Assembly (NCBI RefSeq): GCF_037042905.1
Contig: NC_087245.1
Coordinates: 31,560,001 to 31,624,000, forward strand
Reading direction: 5' to 3'
From: Lytechinus pictus
Lineage: Eukaryota
Length of the DNA stretch: 64,000 bases
The position numbers were made by a program, and so were the translations under genes. Below, one piece after another: positions 1 through 13,744 of the stretch; positions within the stretch are counted from its first letter, which is position 1, and each line of letters starts with the position of its first letter. The notes under the pieces were generated by a model. It was not told the DNA's origin. It did no database searches and worked only from the letters and a program-made list of their open reading frames with translations.

Positions 1-2669
1 GCAAAAGGTCTGTGCCTGCCGACTACCCAACCCCTCATCATCCCACATGTATCTTTATATATCTCTCTCTTTCCCTGCTCTTCTGCCTATCTGTATTCTC
101 TCTTATTTTCTACTTCGTTTTTTCTCTGCTGCTTTGATTTTATACCTTCATATAAAATCTCTTTATGAGAGCTTTCGTTTGCTGTGTTCTTTTAAAGCAA
201 GCTGTAGTTTTTATATTACTCTCTCTTCGTCGACCACCTGTCCTCTCTTCCTCTGTCTCTCTCCTCCTCCCCTCTTCTTCTCTTCTCCCATCTTTTCTTA
301 TATCTTCTCTCCTATTCTCTCTTCCTCTTTTCTGCCATTTCTATCACCTCACTATTCTCTCCATCTTTCTCTTTTATTAACTTTCTCCCCCTGTCTTTGT
401 CTGTCTCTGAATGTCTCTCCATCTGTCTCTCTCTCTCTCCCTCTCATCCTTTCTCAAGAGTGCAGTATATATGCTATTCTCTTATTCCAAACTATCTTTA
501 TAGATATATATTCTTCTGTAATCCTTAACAATCTTTTCTAATCCGTCAATTTCTTTTTTTGTCATATTCACTCTTATCCCCTCAAGACAGAGACATTCAA
601 ATATCTGTGGGCCAATATTCATAAATAGTTACAACTATTGGGCAATTCCATAAAATAATCAATCTTTTTTGTACGTCCGACCCCCATTTTTCTTGAGTCT
701 TACTTCACTTCATAAACTGACCAAGTCATGGTCCTTTGAGAACATTACGGACTGTCAAAAGAACAAGAAATCAGAGACAGAAAATTTGATGAAGGTCCCT
801 TATATAGGGCGTCGTGTCATCGTGATAATTACCATAGTAACAGCTTAGCAGCCAATCACAATGAAGGTTTCCATGGAAGTTACAATAATGGCAAATTTAC
901 AATAGTTGTTTGGCTTTATGGAATGGGCCCCTCTTTTTTCCCCTTTACCTTATTTTGCTCATTATCTTGTGCACCAAATATCCATTTCCCTTTAAAATGT
1001 TCATCTGAAATATAAGCCAACAATCTATACTTTCCTTTGATCCTTGTTTTCAAGTACAGCGGTTATTTTTCTGTTTTTCGCAAAAGTAGCAGCTCATATG
1101 TTTGTTTGTTTTTTATTTCTATGCTAATCATTTTAATTTCTTATTTTCATCTACCAATACCCCAAAAAGACCATGTAAAGTGCAAGTTACAATTGTCTTG
1201 CGGATTTTGTTCAAAACAATCAGCTCTGTTCCCAAGTCTATGTTGGAGATATTTTCACTTCACATATTACAAGCCAATACATTATGATATCAGTGCAATA
1301 TTTAAAGTGTTATTGATTTGATATTGTACTACCTTGCAGCATTGTCGTATGATGTGCATGAATGCTAATTCCTTATTCGAAATGTATCATATGATATAAT
1401 ATTTTAATTGTTATTATTAAAGAATGATTGTATAGCTTAAAGTTTATGACCATCTGATCCATGAATACTTAGTTAGCGATGCCCTTGTAATACTGTTAGT
1501 CACCTTGTCAAATGTCAGTCACGCTTTTTCCCGCAGAAATCCTGCAAGTGTCTTTTCATTACCAATCCTCACATTTCATCGTGGACTCAACAATGTAAAT
1601 GTTGAAATCTGTTAGGAAAAGACGCTGAGCTCCTTTATAGCGGCATTCTTACTTTTGACAAGTTGCCTTGTTCTTTTGGTTTAAGTTTTTCTGCAATGTG
1701 CATTATGTATTTCAGTTCATAAACTATAATATTTTTCTCAGTTTTCAATAAATGTTGGGAGATACAAATTCATCTAGTCCGGACTACATGAACATTATTG
1801 CTTGTTAATGTTTACTATATGGAAGGACATGGTGTTTATGCTAAGATTTAACATTTTAAAGTCATGCTTGATGCAATGATAAGAAAACTGGAAAATAGAA
1901 GTAATGAAATGACAGTGAGAAATTTGTTTTAGTAAACATTAGTAGCAGAGGAATAAAAAAAATGTATATATGAATAAGTATAATGAAAATAGAATAAAAA
2001 TTGGGCAAATAAGAATAGGAAAAGGAGAAAGAGGTACATGTAGGAGGGGAAGAGGAAAATTTGGAGTAGATCAAGATGGAGAATTTTAAGAAGAAAAATA
2101 AAGTAATAGAAATGGATAGAATACTTCATATCATAAGTCTTATTTACAATTCTAGTTCATATACATTTTAAAAAAAAAGAGAGTTAGTCCTCTTAAAACC
2201 GTAATACCATAACATGCAAGCCAATGTCATCCTGGCTGCACACGTTATTTAGTAATTTTTTTTATTTAAAAACAAATTTTATCTAATTCTGATGATGACT
2301 TTCGTACTTATTGTGCATAGGAATACTTTATTTTCAGCTCGATGATCCCCATGGGCTAATCTATAATAGTGCCCTCTTTGAATCATTTTGATTATGAATA
2401 AATAATGATAGACTCATTTCCCAGCATGTTCCTGAAAAAAAATATTTTACAGAAAAAAATGTAGTTTGCTACATTATCTTTATTCTATATTTATTTCTTA
2501 CATGATTTAAATTTTATTCCTGAATTTATGATCAGCAGAGAAAAAAAATCATCACTTCTGTCATAAATCATTTTTGCTGCCGCTGTGCTGCTTTTTGTAT
2601 ATGTGTACTGAATGCAGTGATGGGCGAAGCTTAGCAAAGTCTCATACCATTCAAACGCAAAAAATTTGG

Positions 2670-2826
2670 TTGGTCTTTCATAAAGCTGTTCTCAAAGTTA
2701 CGCACAACTTTACGCATGACATGTTCTTATGTGCTAAGTCAGCTACTGGGGGATATCGTGTAGTGCAAGAAAGGGTCACCAGTTGTACTCGTTTGTAACT
2801 TACGAACAGCTTTATGAAACACCCAC
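2670..2826. mobile_element. MITE, PIF/Harbinger-like family (same family as 62081-62253)
   Basis: Inverted ends TTTCATAAAGCTGTTC ... GAACAGCTTTATGAAA. Confidence 0.7.
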
Positions 2827-3393
2827 CAACAATGCAAACATACTGTTTGCCATTTATGGAATAATCTGTCAGTCAACAAACTATCGTACAATAGAACCCT
2901 GTCCCAAACACGCAAGAACCAAAAAGGAAGCAAAAGATGAAAATTATTGAATTTTACGGCATCATTTTCGAATGCACAATTTCAGATTCATCTCACTTTT
3001 TGCTCTTCATTTTGTTCCATACCAAAAAACAAGTTTTTAAAATGTTGCGCATGAATTATCATATTGGTCTGAATTATAAATATATGGTACACATGTTCGA
3101 TGAAACTAAAGTCAATTTTCTTGTCAGTTGATTTAAATTGTACACTTGAATATGTGTGCAGTAACTTGTAACAGTTCATGAATAATTAATATTCCTATCG
3201 TGTATTTATTTGTCTGTGTTTATTTTTTCATCCATTTTACTCTCATTTGTCAAGTAATATCAATGAAGCAGTCATCAGGTTTTAAGAAGAAATTCAATCA
3301 TGTGTCATTGCATTCCTAAGTGATTTTTTTAATGTATTCAATGTTATCATAGTCCCATTTAGTGTAATTCACGTTTTTTCTTTTTCATTACAG

Positions 3394-3563
3394 GTAAGCA
3401 GAGTAGCAGCATCATGATATCTGAATCGGGAGAAGATAGCGATGATGAGACGACCGTCTTCGACATCAAGCGACAGGATCGGAACGGATCCAAACCCGCC
3501 AATGGCTATACAACAGGCAAGCATCGATCAAGCAGGATTCCTCATAGGACTGATAAACTTTGA
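3394..3563 (+). CDS. Terminal coding exon of an upstream gene, probably KIAA0319/KIAA0319L (AAVR) family cytoplasmic tail
   Basis: Polypyrimidine tract + CAG (3391-3393), then a phase-1 frame KQSSSIMISESGEDSDDETTVFDIKRQDRNGSKPANGYTTGKHRSSRIPHRTDKL* (TGA 3561-3563). SSIMISESxxDSDxxTxF...NGSxxNG resembles the human KIAA0319 tail (SSLMVSESEFDSDQDTIF...NGSIRNG, recalled). Upstream exons not identified in the window. Confidence 0.55.
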
Positions 3564-4740
3564 ATCCTTCGAGTCTTTGCCATGATGCGATGGAATTTTA
3601 TTTTTATTTGGCAGAATCTGAGGATTGTTTTGTCTCACAACTTGAGAAGTGACTTGAGTGTAGTGGCAGATGGGATACCTTGATTTTATTTATGTTTTGG
3701 ATATTAAAGTGATTCAGCATTGTTTTATGAGAGGACATAGCCGTCCAGAGATGAAGAAGACTTGGTTACATTTTGATTCGATTACAAGGAACGCACCGAA
3801 ACCACCGACTTCTATACAGAGGCATGGGACTGAGGCGGAACCAAACGTGTAGAGAGAAATCTTATTTTCTGATGAAGTTCTTTCTCTGTCAAATTCTTTC
3901 TCGGATCAAGGGGCAGTTTAACTGATTGTGTTTTCTTTCTTTTAGATGATCCATTATTTACATCCAGCCTGTTTCTTGGACAAATACTGCACAGAAATTC
4001 ACCCCCCCCTCTCTTTCTCTTTCTCTCTCTTCTATTTTATTCTTATTCTAGCCTCTTCTTTAATAGTTTGTTTACTTAGAAAACAATCTTTCTCCCTTAC
4101 TTTGCCTGGTGTGTGTGAATAATACCTTTTTATGCGAGGGGGGAGGTGGCAAAAGACAAAATTTAAATTCTGAATATACATGTATTTATCTATTTACAGC
4201 ACTTGACATCCATTTGTCATTATCAGACGCATTATGGTTGATAGGAGGACTTGTAGTTATAATTTCGTCTAAGATCATTTCCTCGACGTGAAAAAAAAAT
4301 TCCTTGTCCATAAATGAAAAAATGATTGACAACTCATGAAGAATTCATTGTTTGTACCCTGGTTGATAACTCCAACAAAAATTTTGTGAATGATTCTCAT
4401 CAATATGACCAAAACAACAATTATATAAAACAACTTTATTGGGCTAATTTCTACGCTCATCTGCCAAAATTTGCTACATTGTATTACAGTTAATATTGGA
4501 CCCTATGGGAAGTTCACTGGCTCTTTTATATTTTTCTAGGAAACTTGGAGGCATTGGGGGGGGGGGGTAAATTACCTCCCCCCCCCATTCCCATTCAATT
4601 TTTTTTTTCATGTAATGTAGGTTTACATTAAAATGTTGCAAACCAATCTGATTGTTTTCAAAGCAATATAATTGAGTAGATTTTAACTTTTTTTTTATAG
4701 TTATATAATTTGTTTCAATTAATTTCCTTAAGTTTATAAT

Positions 4741-5218
4741 ATGCTTTTCACACTGCATTTCCTTAACCCCATACTATCCTTAACCCCATACTATTTTTCT
4801 TTGGATTTACAACGTCTTTCTTAACCCCATACTATTTGCTTAGCCGGGTTTAACGCCTTAACCCCAGTCCATCACACGGCTCATGAACATGATTTTACCA
4901 TACAGAGCGCGATAAACGTGCAATTTTGACTTCTGTGATTGGCTAATGCTTAGCCCCACTTTTCCTTAGCCCAGATTCGTTTCACACTGCATCTCTTAGC
5001 ACCGCAATTGTGGTGCTATCACCACAATAAGCCGGCTAACCCTGCTTTTTTGCAGGGCCAGATAATACCGTACTATTTACCGTGCTAGCCCACTTTGCTA
5101 AAACGTAGTGTGAAAACGAAGTGGGCTAAGCTTAACCCCAGGAAATTGGTGGGGCTAAGACCCCCCTTAGCCCCACCAATTTCCCGGGTTAAGGAAAAAA
5201 GTGCAGTGTGAAAAGCAT
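4741..5218. mobile_element. Non-autonomous TIR element (MITE)
   Basis: Ends ATGCTTTTCACACTGCA..TTCCTTAACCC / GGGTTAAGGAA..TGCAGTGTGAAAAGCAT; internal repeats of CTTAACCCC/CTTAGCCC. Confidence 0.75.
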
Positions 5219-7906
5219 ATAAGTGTATGAGACAACTCATGTGTTTTATTTCCTTTAAGCAAAGGTAACCACTTTCATTCAAAATGTTTGTTGTATGGAA
5301 TCTTTATATCCAAGTAAAATAGTAATCCATTTATGCATGTTTTTCAAGCAATTTTTTTTTTTTTCATATTTGATAGTAAGAAAGTGAAGGCATGCATGAG
5401 CTGCAGATTAATTGGTGAATTGGGATTAGAATTAAAATACTTTTCCCATCCTTAAAATAGTTTTCAGTAACTAATTTTGAATAATTGAGAGGAATTAAAA
5501 AATACATATAACTTAAAGACAATTTAAAATATTTGTTAGAATTATTATTTAAAGAAAAAGATGTTTTATATTTATTTGTTTATTCGAATAATCTTAATTT
5601 AAAAAAGAAAATGGGAAACCTCAGCGATAAATCAAGTTATGGATAAAGGAGCTGAATGTAAAATAAGACCTTTGACTTTAGAAGGTTAACAATCATTTAT
5701 GTAACAGCATTTCTTTATCCACTTTACAACTCTACCGAAATAGCTGCCAGCCAGAATTTAGGTGGAAATATGTGTCTATATTAGCAAACAATCTTGTGAT
5801 ACTTTTCACCAGAATTTATCACACATTTGGGTCCTACTAACAGTAATAATGATGTGCAGTTCTTTAATTGATTTATGTGCTTGCTTCTATCTAATTTCTC
5901 AAGCATGTTACAAATTATTTGAATGAAGTATATGAACATTATGTAATAATACTTTCCGGTATTATTACTTTTTTCCGGTATTATTACTAGAGAACTGCTG
6001 GTATAACATTTCTTGGATCTCATTTATGTATTCTATATTTTCTTCTAACTTATTTCAATTCTTTTGTGCAATGAAATGTGTTTGTATATAACTTTTCATC
6101 TGATTACAAACAATTTAATACGTGAATATCTTGTATTCCACAAATACATATGTATACATCAGTTGTTCTGTACTAAGTTATGACATCAGTATTTTGTAAT
6201 ACATGTAAAAGTGGTCTCATTTTGTGACATTTTTAATGTTATGTAAAGGTAACTTGTGTTGTTTGGTATGTGGTCTATATTATTTCAGGATGATTTTTAT
6301 GTGTGTTTGTGTTTTTGATGTGATTATGATATCATTAATTATTTTAGGAAGTTTTATGTTTATCATTTATTTTGTTTTATTTTTTATTGAATCAGAAGTA
6401 CTATTGAATCTTTTTATATATTATCCTTTTTTTGTTCACTATCCATGCATTTCAATGTTATATATTTTTTAATTTCTAGTTCATAAGTTATTTTCTCCTT
6501 AGAGAAAATCTGAGCAGAAGTGGTTCCAAATGATATAATGTTTTCATTTATATAATCAATATTGTGATCATATCTTTAATTGGTAACAAAACAATATGTT
6601 TGATGTGAAAAGAAATAAAAATGATAACAGGATTGATCATGGATTATTTACATTAATAGAAAGAGACAGATAAAATAAGCTTCATCCGTTGTGTACTGCA
6701 TACAAATATTATTGCTTTGGAAATTTTCAAAATGTTCTGTTTATGAGTATGATCTATAATACATTTAATTCTTTATCATAAGTTTATTTACAATTCTTTT
6801 GGTTCATTAAATATCTTTATCTTAGAAGAAGTGTTTTGGAAAAACAGGTTTTCAACATAATGCTATTAATATTGAAATAAATGGAATTTCAAAATAGGAT
6901 GAATTACCCTCATATGAATAAAATGGCAAGTCAAAGTACTAAAGTAAATAAATAAAGATTAAACATTTTATGAGATATAAGTACTTCTTTATTTAAGGCA
7001 AGATTTTTTTGTATAACTTTAAAATGAACTTTTCATGTATAAGTTGCTAGTTATTCTCTAAACATGTTTATTTAACCTTGTTTTTTGTTCTCCAGCACTC
7101 TCTTAGAGACAAAAATGCTAATCTATGCAGAATTGCATTTGTAAATTTATGAAAAATAACACAATCATTTTCTAACTTCAGCTCATGTTAATAATGTTAT
7201 TATACCCTCACTTCATGTACTGTATATACATGTTGTATAGCAGGGGAATTTTTTTCTACTGACTATCAATTCGAAAGTCATATCCATAATACTAGTGTAG
7301 TATTAATTCATGTCAAGTATATGGTTTGATGTAAAGTAGTACTGGGTGCTTCCATTTCCGTAGTTTGAAATTTAGATGTTTTTTTTTTCAACAGTTCCCA
7401 AGTTTTGTTTCTCTATGTGTGAATGTAAGATGTCCGTCACTTTGTATGTACATTCCAAGGATCTTGTCCTTACAAAACAGCTGGCTGTAAATATCTCTTT
7501 GTGACATTGTAATTAAAAATCAAATGAGGAATATACTATACTGATACTTATGCTTAACTCTTGAACGGTATTAACGTGCAGTACAAATGGATATAATTTT
7601 CAAGATTATCAGATTTATTTTATTTTGCTGGGTCGGTATGAGAGTACTAACTATTTCATTGCTGTAAATTTCTTTTTATGTTGTGTATCAAGAGTACTAA
7701 CAGGATTATAGTGTACTACCACAAATATTGCCATCACTTTAAAATTAGTTGTAACTTAATTGGCAAGCCAGAGAATGGTGTGTTGAATTAACATGCATTT
7801 CCCTGGACATCTACAAATTTAAATAATGGGTCCTTAGTTCCAAATGATATTAGGCTTAGCCATAGTGTAGGGATACAAAAGTTCCAATACATTAAGGTGT
7901 GAATTA

Positions 7907-8990
7907 TCACTTGGTCCCACCTCACTTGGTCCCACCCCACTTGGTCCCACCCCAATTGGTCTCACTCCACTTGGTCTCAGCCTACTTGGTCCCATTCCAC
8001 TTGGTCCCACCCCACTTGGTCTCACTCCACTTGGTCTCGGCCTACCTGGTACCATTCCACTTGGTCCCACTCCACTTGGTCTCACTCCACTTGGTCTCAG
8101 CCTACGTGGTACCATTCCACTTGGTCCCACCCCAATTGGTACCATCCCACTTGGTCTCACCCCGCTTGGTTCCATCCCGATTGGTCCCACCCAACTTGGT
8201 CCTAACTCACTTGGTCTCACTCCACTTGGTCTCAGCGTACTTGGTACCATCCCACTTGGTCCCACCCCAATTGGTACCATCCCACTTGGTCTTACCCCAC
8301 TTGGTCTCGGCCTACGTGGTACCATTCCACTTGGTCCCACCCCAATTGGTACCATCCCACTTGGTCTCACCCCGCTTGGTTCCATCCCGATTGGTCCCAC
8401 CCAACTTGGTCCTAACTCACTTGGTCTCACTCCACTTGGTCTCAGCGTACTTGGTACCATCCCACTTGGTCCCACCCCAATTGGTACCATCCCACTTGGT
8501 CTTACCCCACTTGGTCTCGGCCTACGTGGTACCATTCCACTTGGTCCCACCCCACTTGTTCCCACCCCACTTGGTACCATCCCACTTGGTCCCAACCCAC
8601 TTGGTCTCACTCCACTTGGTCCCTCCCCACTTGGTCTCAGCCTACGTGGTACCATTCCACTTGGTCCCACCCCAATTGGTACCATCCCACTTGGTCTCAC
8701 CCCGCTTGGTTCCATCCCGATTGGTCCCACCCAACTTGGTCCTAACTCACTTGGTCTCACTCCACTTGGTCCCTCCCCACTTGGTACTATCCTACTTGGT
8801 CCCATCCCCACTTGTTCCAAGCTCACCTGACCCTCCCCCACTTGGACCCATTCTACTTGGTCTCTCCCCACTGTGTACATCCATTCTTGTCTCTCTCCAC
8901 TTGATCTGACCCTACTTAGTACCATCCCACTTAGCCCCCCCCCCCCTCCCACCAATTAGTCACACCCCACTTAGTACAACCCCATTTCAT
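7907..8990. repeat. 15-bp minisatellite (CCACTTGGTCYCAYC) with a 210-bp higher-order repeat
   Basis: TTGGT recurs every 15 bp; variant monomer CCTACGTGGT at 8101, 8311, 8521 (210-bp period) and 8641. Confidence 0.95.
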
Positions 8991-10292
8991 CTAATGCCCT
9001 TCAAGCTAAAGAAATCAAGCAAAAGTATAAGATTCACATTTCTGATTGGGTGAAAAATAATCAAGCTGCAATATATAGAGTTACATTTAATTGTATCTCT
9101 TCCTGCTAAGGACCATTTGTTTCAACCATTTGGGGCTTGTTCCCATTTTAACACATTTAGTAAATTATAACTTAGTCCCAGGGACCTCTTGCAGGAAATG
9201 GTCTGTTTCAGCACAAGAGGTGGCAATTAGTAAATTTAGTCATTTGATAAAGTAATGATGATTCATTTTCGGGTTACTTATCTTTAGTGTTAAGTTTATA
9301 AGAGAGGAAATGAAAATGGTAAATAACAGAAAATTATTTACTTATCGCATTTAACTTAAGCAACATTTTTACAACAGTTATAGAATATGTTGAACTGAAA
9401 GCGATAAACTTTATGTATGTAACAATTTTCCATAAGTTTGAAAATGCATTTTATATACCATTGATTGTTTCCTCAAGGGTTGTCTCAGTCATATCAAATG
9501 TATCTTGACATCTTCAATTGCTTTATCACTAGTTTGAATGAGATCCAATACTCTGTATACAACAGATCAGTCATGTCACACTCTTGAATATACAGTTGTG
9601 TATTCATGATGATAGGTAGGGCCACCCTCCTACAAACTTTGTTCACTGAATTTGGACTGCAAATTTCAGGATCACATCAATACAAACCGTGTGCAATACA
9701 TTGCAATTTATGCATACAAGGAAAAGAAAACTGTTTAAAGGATAAATTGTTCGCAATCAACTTTTATGAAACGAGTCCCTAATTGTTTGTTATTTTACAT
9801 TCTGAAGACAAGTACAATCACAACTCACAAACTTTATGCACAGTACATGCACTTGCTTCATATTCTTGAATGTGCTTCATTATATATTTTTTTTCTTGAA
9901 GAATCAGATGATTATCATGCCTCATTATACAGTTTCTTTCATTTAATTCTGCTTTGTAATATGAACTTGGAAATGCAATGAAGGACAAGACTTATTCAGT
10001 ATTTCATAACAAAAATATATGAAAGTACAAAACTAAAGATGATAAATCGAGTGTTTGTGTTTTATTATTTTGATTTCCCTATGTTTGTACTATGTATTTT
10101 TATTTGAATTTGAAAACAAACGTTGCCAAGACAAATGACAGGAAAACTGTGATGAAATGAGCGATCCAAAATGCTTTTCTATAAAATGACTAACATACAC
10201 CATTTAAGTTTTTTCAGGGCATTGGTTTCGAGAATTTGTATTGTTGTTTATAGCATGATTATTTTTGTTTATAGAAGTAGTGTAGTTTCAGG

Positions 10293-12063
10293 GGCTTATT
10301 ATATTCACTCGCGTTCGTAATCACTCGCGTCGGGTTGGTAATCACACGCGTTTTTTATTTTTGGCGATTTTTTTTTTTCGGTGCGATTTTTTTTCTAACG
10401 GTGTCTTCAATGGGACAAACGTACTGGAGAAATAAAATGAAATTGAAATTCGAGTTTCGTTTTATTTTAAGCTGGTAGTGCCTTAAATAAAACGTTCTCG
10501 ACCACTGTTTTAAGATAACAAGCAAATTTTGACTACTGTTTTAACATAATCACATTCCACATCTTAAATCTTAGAGCCATAGGCGGCGGAAGCGGGAGGG
10601 GGGGGCTCCCCCTAAAAAAAGAGAGAGGGGGGAGAAAGGAAGGGAAAGAGGGAGAAAAGAGAAAGAAAAAAAAGACAGACAGAAAGAAAGAAGCAAGGAA
10701 AAAAGGAGAAAGAAAGGAGAAAAGGAATAAAGGAGGAAAGGCTACTCTCGATTTAGCTTTGCCTTTGGAGGATTTTCCTGAAGTCTGTGGTATTCTTTAT
10801 AAAGCATAGCGAGGTGCTATAATTTCATAATATCACTATTTATTTGCTTCTCCCTTTCTTTGTGAATTATTCTACACTAACGTAAAAATCAGGGAGGAAA
10901 AAAGTGCTGAAGAAGAAAAGCAAGAAGGAAGGAGGAGGAGAAGTAGAAGAAGAAAAAAGAAGATGGAGGACATAAGGGGGTAAAAATGAAACTAAAAAGA
11001 GAAAATTGAGGGGAGGATGTAGAAGAAGAGAAAGAGAAGATTAAATAAGGGGAAGACTGAGAAGAGAAAAGGCAGAAGTGAGAAGGGAGATGAACAATAA
11101 GGAGAAAGGGAAGAAATTGAGAAGTAGAAGAACAGGGAGAAGAATAAGATGACATAATAATGGGAATAAAAAGAAGACTGAGAAGAAAGAGAAGTAGGAG
11201 GGGGAGTAAAGTGCACTCTGGTTATAAAGAAGTCCGAGGGACCAACAAAATTGTTCCTTTATACAAATAATTGTGTGTGTGTGTGATATAAGTTTTTTTT
11301 ATATAATGATGGTGCACTGAACAAAATTTAAAAATGGTAAAATGGATTTTCATTAATCTTGCAGGACGTTGCAGGGTGAAAAATATGAAAAAATTTGGGG
11401 GTTATCAAGGACAAGAAATCTACACTGTATTGTAATTTGTATTGTAATGTATTTACAAGTGTATATTTGTTGTTGATCACAATGTTTTATTTATGTTTAT
11501 GTATCCAGCCTACTGTGACTCCCTGAAGCCATGTCTTCTGTTTTCCAATCCATTATTTCTGACTCAATCTGAGTTACCTCGTGCTTGGAGTTGTTTAAGG
11601 GGCCTGGATAAATGACGTAGCCGACAACTTCTGTTTTCAGGAAGGCACCGGGACGGTACGGTACCTTGGCTTTGATCGTCGCGCGAATTTTTACCGTGAG
11701 AGCGCGCACAGCCACAGGGGCGGATCTTGACCAAAAGCTTCGGTCTTTGTGTCTATTAATTATTATGTTGGTTGTTCCGCTGAACTCCGTTGGCTCCACT
11801 CACCAAATACAGAGAAATTAAAAAAAAAAAAAAATGTTTGAAAAAAGCTCCTAGAAACAGACTGCTGCCAGCTGTCTGGGGTGGATCAAGCTTGTTTTCT
11901 ATTCTTTAATTGCCGGCTTAAAACGAAACTCAAATTTCCCTGCATGTCTGTCCCATTGAAGACACCGTTAAAAAAAAATCGCACCGAAATAAAAAAAATC
12001 GCCAAAAATTCAAAACGCGAGTGATTACGAACCAGAACGCGACGCGAGTGATTATAAACTGCC
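10293..12063. mobile_element. Non-autonomous DNA transposon with long imperfect TIRs and an 8-bp TSD (Merlin- or MULE-like; superfamily uncertain)
   Basis: GTTTCAGG at both 10285-10292 and 12064-12071; ~170-bp imperfect inverted ends (e.g. TAACGGTGTCTTCAATGGGACA vs TGTCCCATTGAAGACACCGTTA); no transposase ORF seen. Confidence 0.75.
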
Positions 12064-13507
12064 GTTTCAGGGAAGGTTCATGAATTGTTATCTTGGTTAG
12101 ATACATTAATCAATTGGGTTATGCTGTGAGTAATTTAGAGAATGTATAGGTGTGTTTGTTTGCAAATGTTAGAGACGGGGGAGGGGGGCTTTTTTTTTTG
12201 GGGGGGGGGTATTGGAGTGAGTGTCCGAGAGGGGGTTTAGACTGTCTGGGGCGGAGGCTCTGATTCTTTTTTGTGGGGTACATACAGTGTTTCCTTAACA
12301 ATATTTTCCCTTTTTTTTGAGGGGGTATAATATGCACATTTGCAGGGAATTTTATGGAAAAAATGTTACTTCCATTAGGCCTATATTTTTCTATTAGTTT
12401 GTATTGGATTTGGGTTTTCTTTTATTTCCCCCTTTTTGCCTGTGTACTGTTTAATGTCTATTATGGGTATATTCCCTTCTACAAAAGTATGAGTTGGGTA
12501 GAAAAAACTATTTCTGTGGGATGCGAGAGGAATAATTAATTACTTCATCATTTTACAATAGCTGATACCATTATTTTCATGTTTTATATGATTCATGCTT
12601 ATAGTATGTGATTGATAAAGGAAATGAGAAAACATTTAAAGTTTCATATTGTTTGATTATGAAATTTTAAATGGAAATTTTCAAGTATTTTTGCTTTAAG
12701 GAGTCCAAATAAAAGAGTGAGATGAAAGGAACATCATATCAGCCTATTTGGCAGAGGCGGTGTCAAGAAATATTTTACTGGGATGCACAAGGCGATCTGA
12801 AGCTGACATAATTTTTTTCAATAACGGGTATTATATAGTTACAAGTACCTTTTTTCCTTTTCTTGCTTCCCCCTCCATCTTATTCCACACAAATTGTGTA
12901 GGTCTATGTAAAATGATTATACACATCGTTCCGCTGTATAGTGTATTAAGTGCTATATGAAAGCAGAATATTATTATCATAATGTAGATAAATAATGTCC
13001 TAGAATTATTCAAGCTAGAAAAGAAAAAATGGATTTATGAGGGCCTATCAATTTTACATACCAACCTGCCATAGACCTAAGCATGTGACCCTATTTTTGA
13101 GGGGTAGTGTATCGACATCAGAAATTTATTTGCTTTTAGCTTTTACAGGGACTATAAGGCAGAGTCCAAAGTAGAACTATAAACTCGTTCTTTTATGTCA
13201 TGTTAGTATCATCTTTGACCGTCTATTTAGATATAATGGGCGTTACACCAAGTAGTAGAAGGAATTTTCTTTTTATTTCTTTGCCCCCTTTCACTGACGC
13301 CTTTGAAGACAAATATTGTTCCCAAAACAATTCCCTAAAGAAATAGAAAAAAAAGAGTATTTGAGTTTGGTACGAAGTGTTATTGACTTACTTACTTTGT
13401 GGCAGATCAAAGCGAATGTGGTAGGATTTTATTAGAAGCCTTTCATTAAAGCCAAGTTGGTCGGAAGAGAAAGGTGGTCTAGACATTGAACCAGAATCCG
13501 AACCAAA

Positions 13508-13744
13508 ATGATACGCGTTGGTGTCTTGTTCTCCGTCCTGGGCCTGGTCCTGTTTTCAGGACCAGGACCCTCTCTTGGTTTTATTGAAACTCCGCCTCCT
13601 CCCGCCGGCAGTGTCAATGATGAAGGAAGTGCAACGCAATTCTTGGATGAATATAACACCGAGGCCATGGAGGTGTACTCTCACTCTTCCTTCGAAGCGT
13701 GGGATTATTACACCAATATCACAGCTTATAACCAGGAGAAAATG
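13508..13744 (+). CDS. ACE: ACE exon 1 (signal peptide, N-terminal helix)
   Basis: [24 protein letters not shown]...[17 protein letters not shown], then GTAATT. Confidence 0.9.

Noticed and set aside
47..541. 164-aa hydrophobic ORF
   Set aside because: CT-rich low-complexity DNA; Leu/Ser/Phe bias with no recognisable domain or splice context
3381..3400. CAG|GTAAG recursive-splice-like site
   Set aside because: Explained by the coding sequence of a phase-1 exon start; a similar AG|GTAAT begins ACE exon 6; no independent support
7834..8955. 373-aa Gly-Pro-Ser-rich ORF (elastin/spidroin-like) and 336-aa antisense ORF
   Set aside because: Both follow from a 15-bp minisatellite that lacks stops; no signal peptide, non-ATG starts, no supporting exon context
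7907..8990. CRISPR-like periodicity
   Set aside because: Contiguous 15-bp monomers with no unique spacers and no cas genes; eukaryotic context
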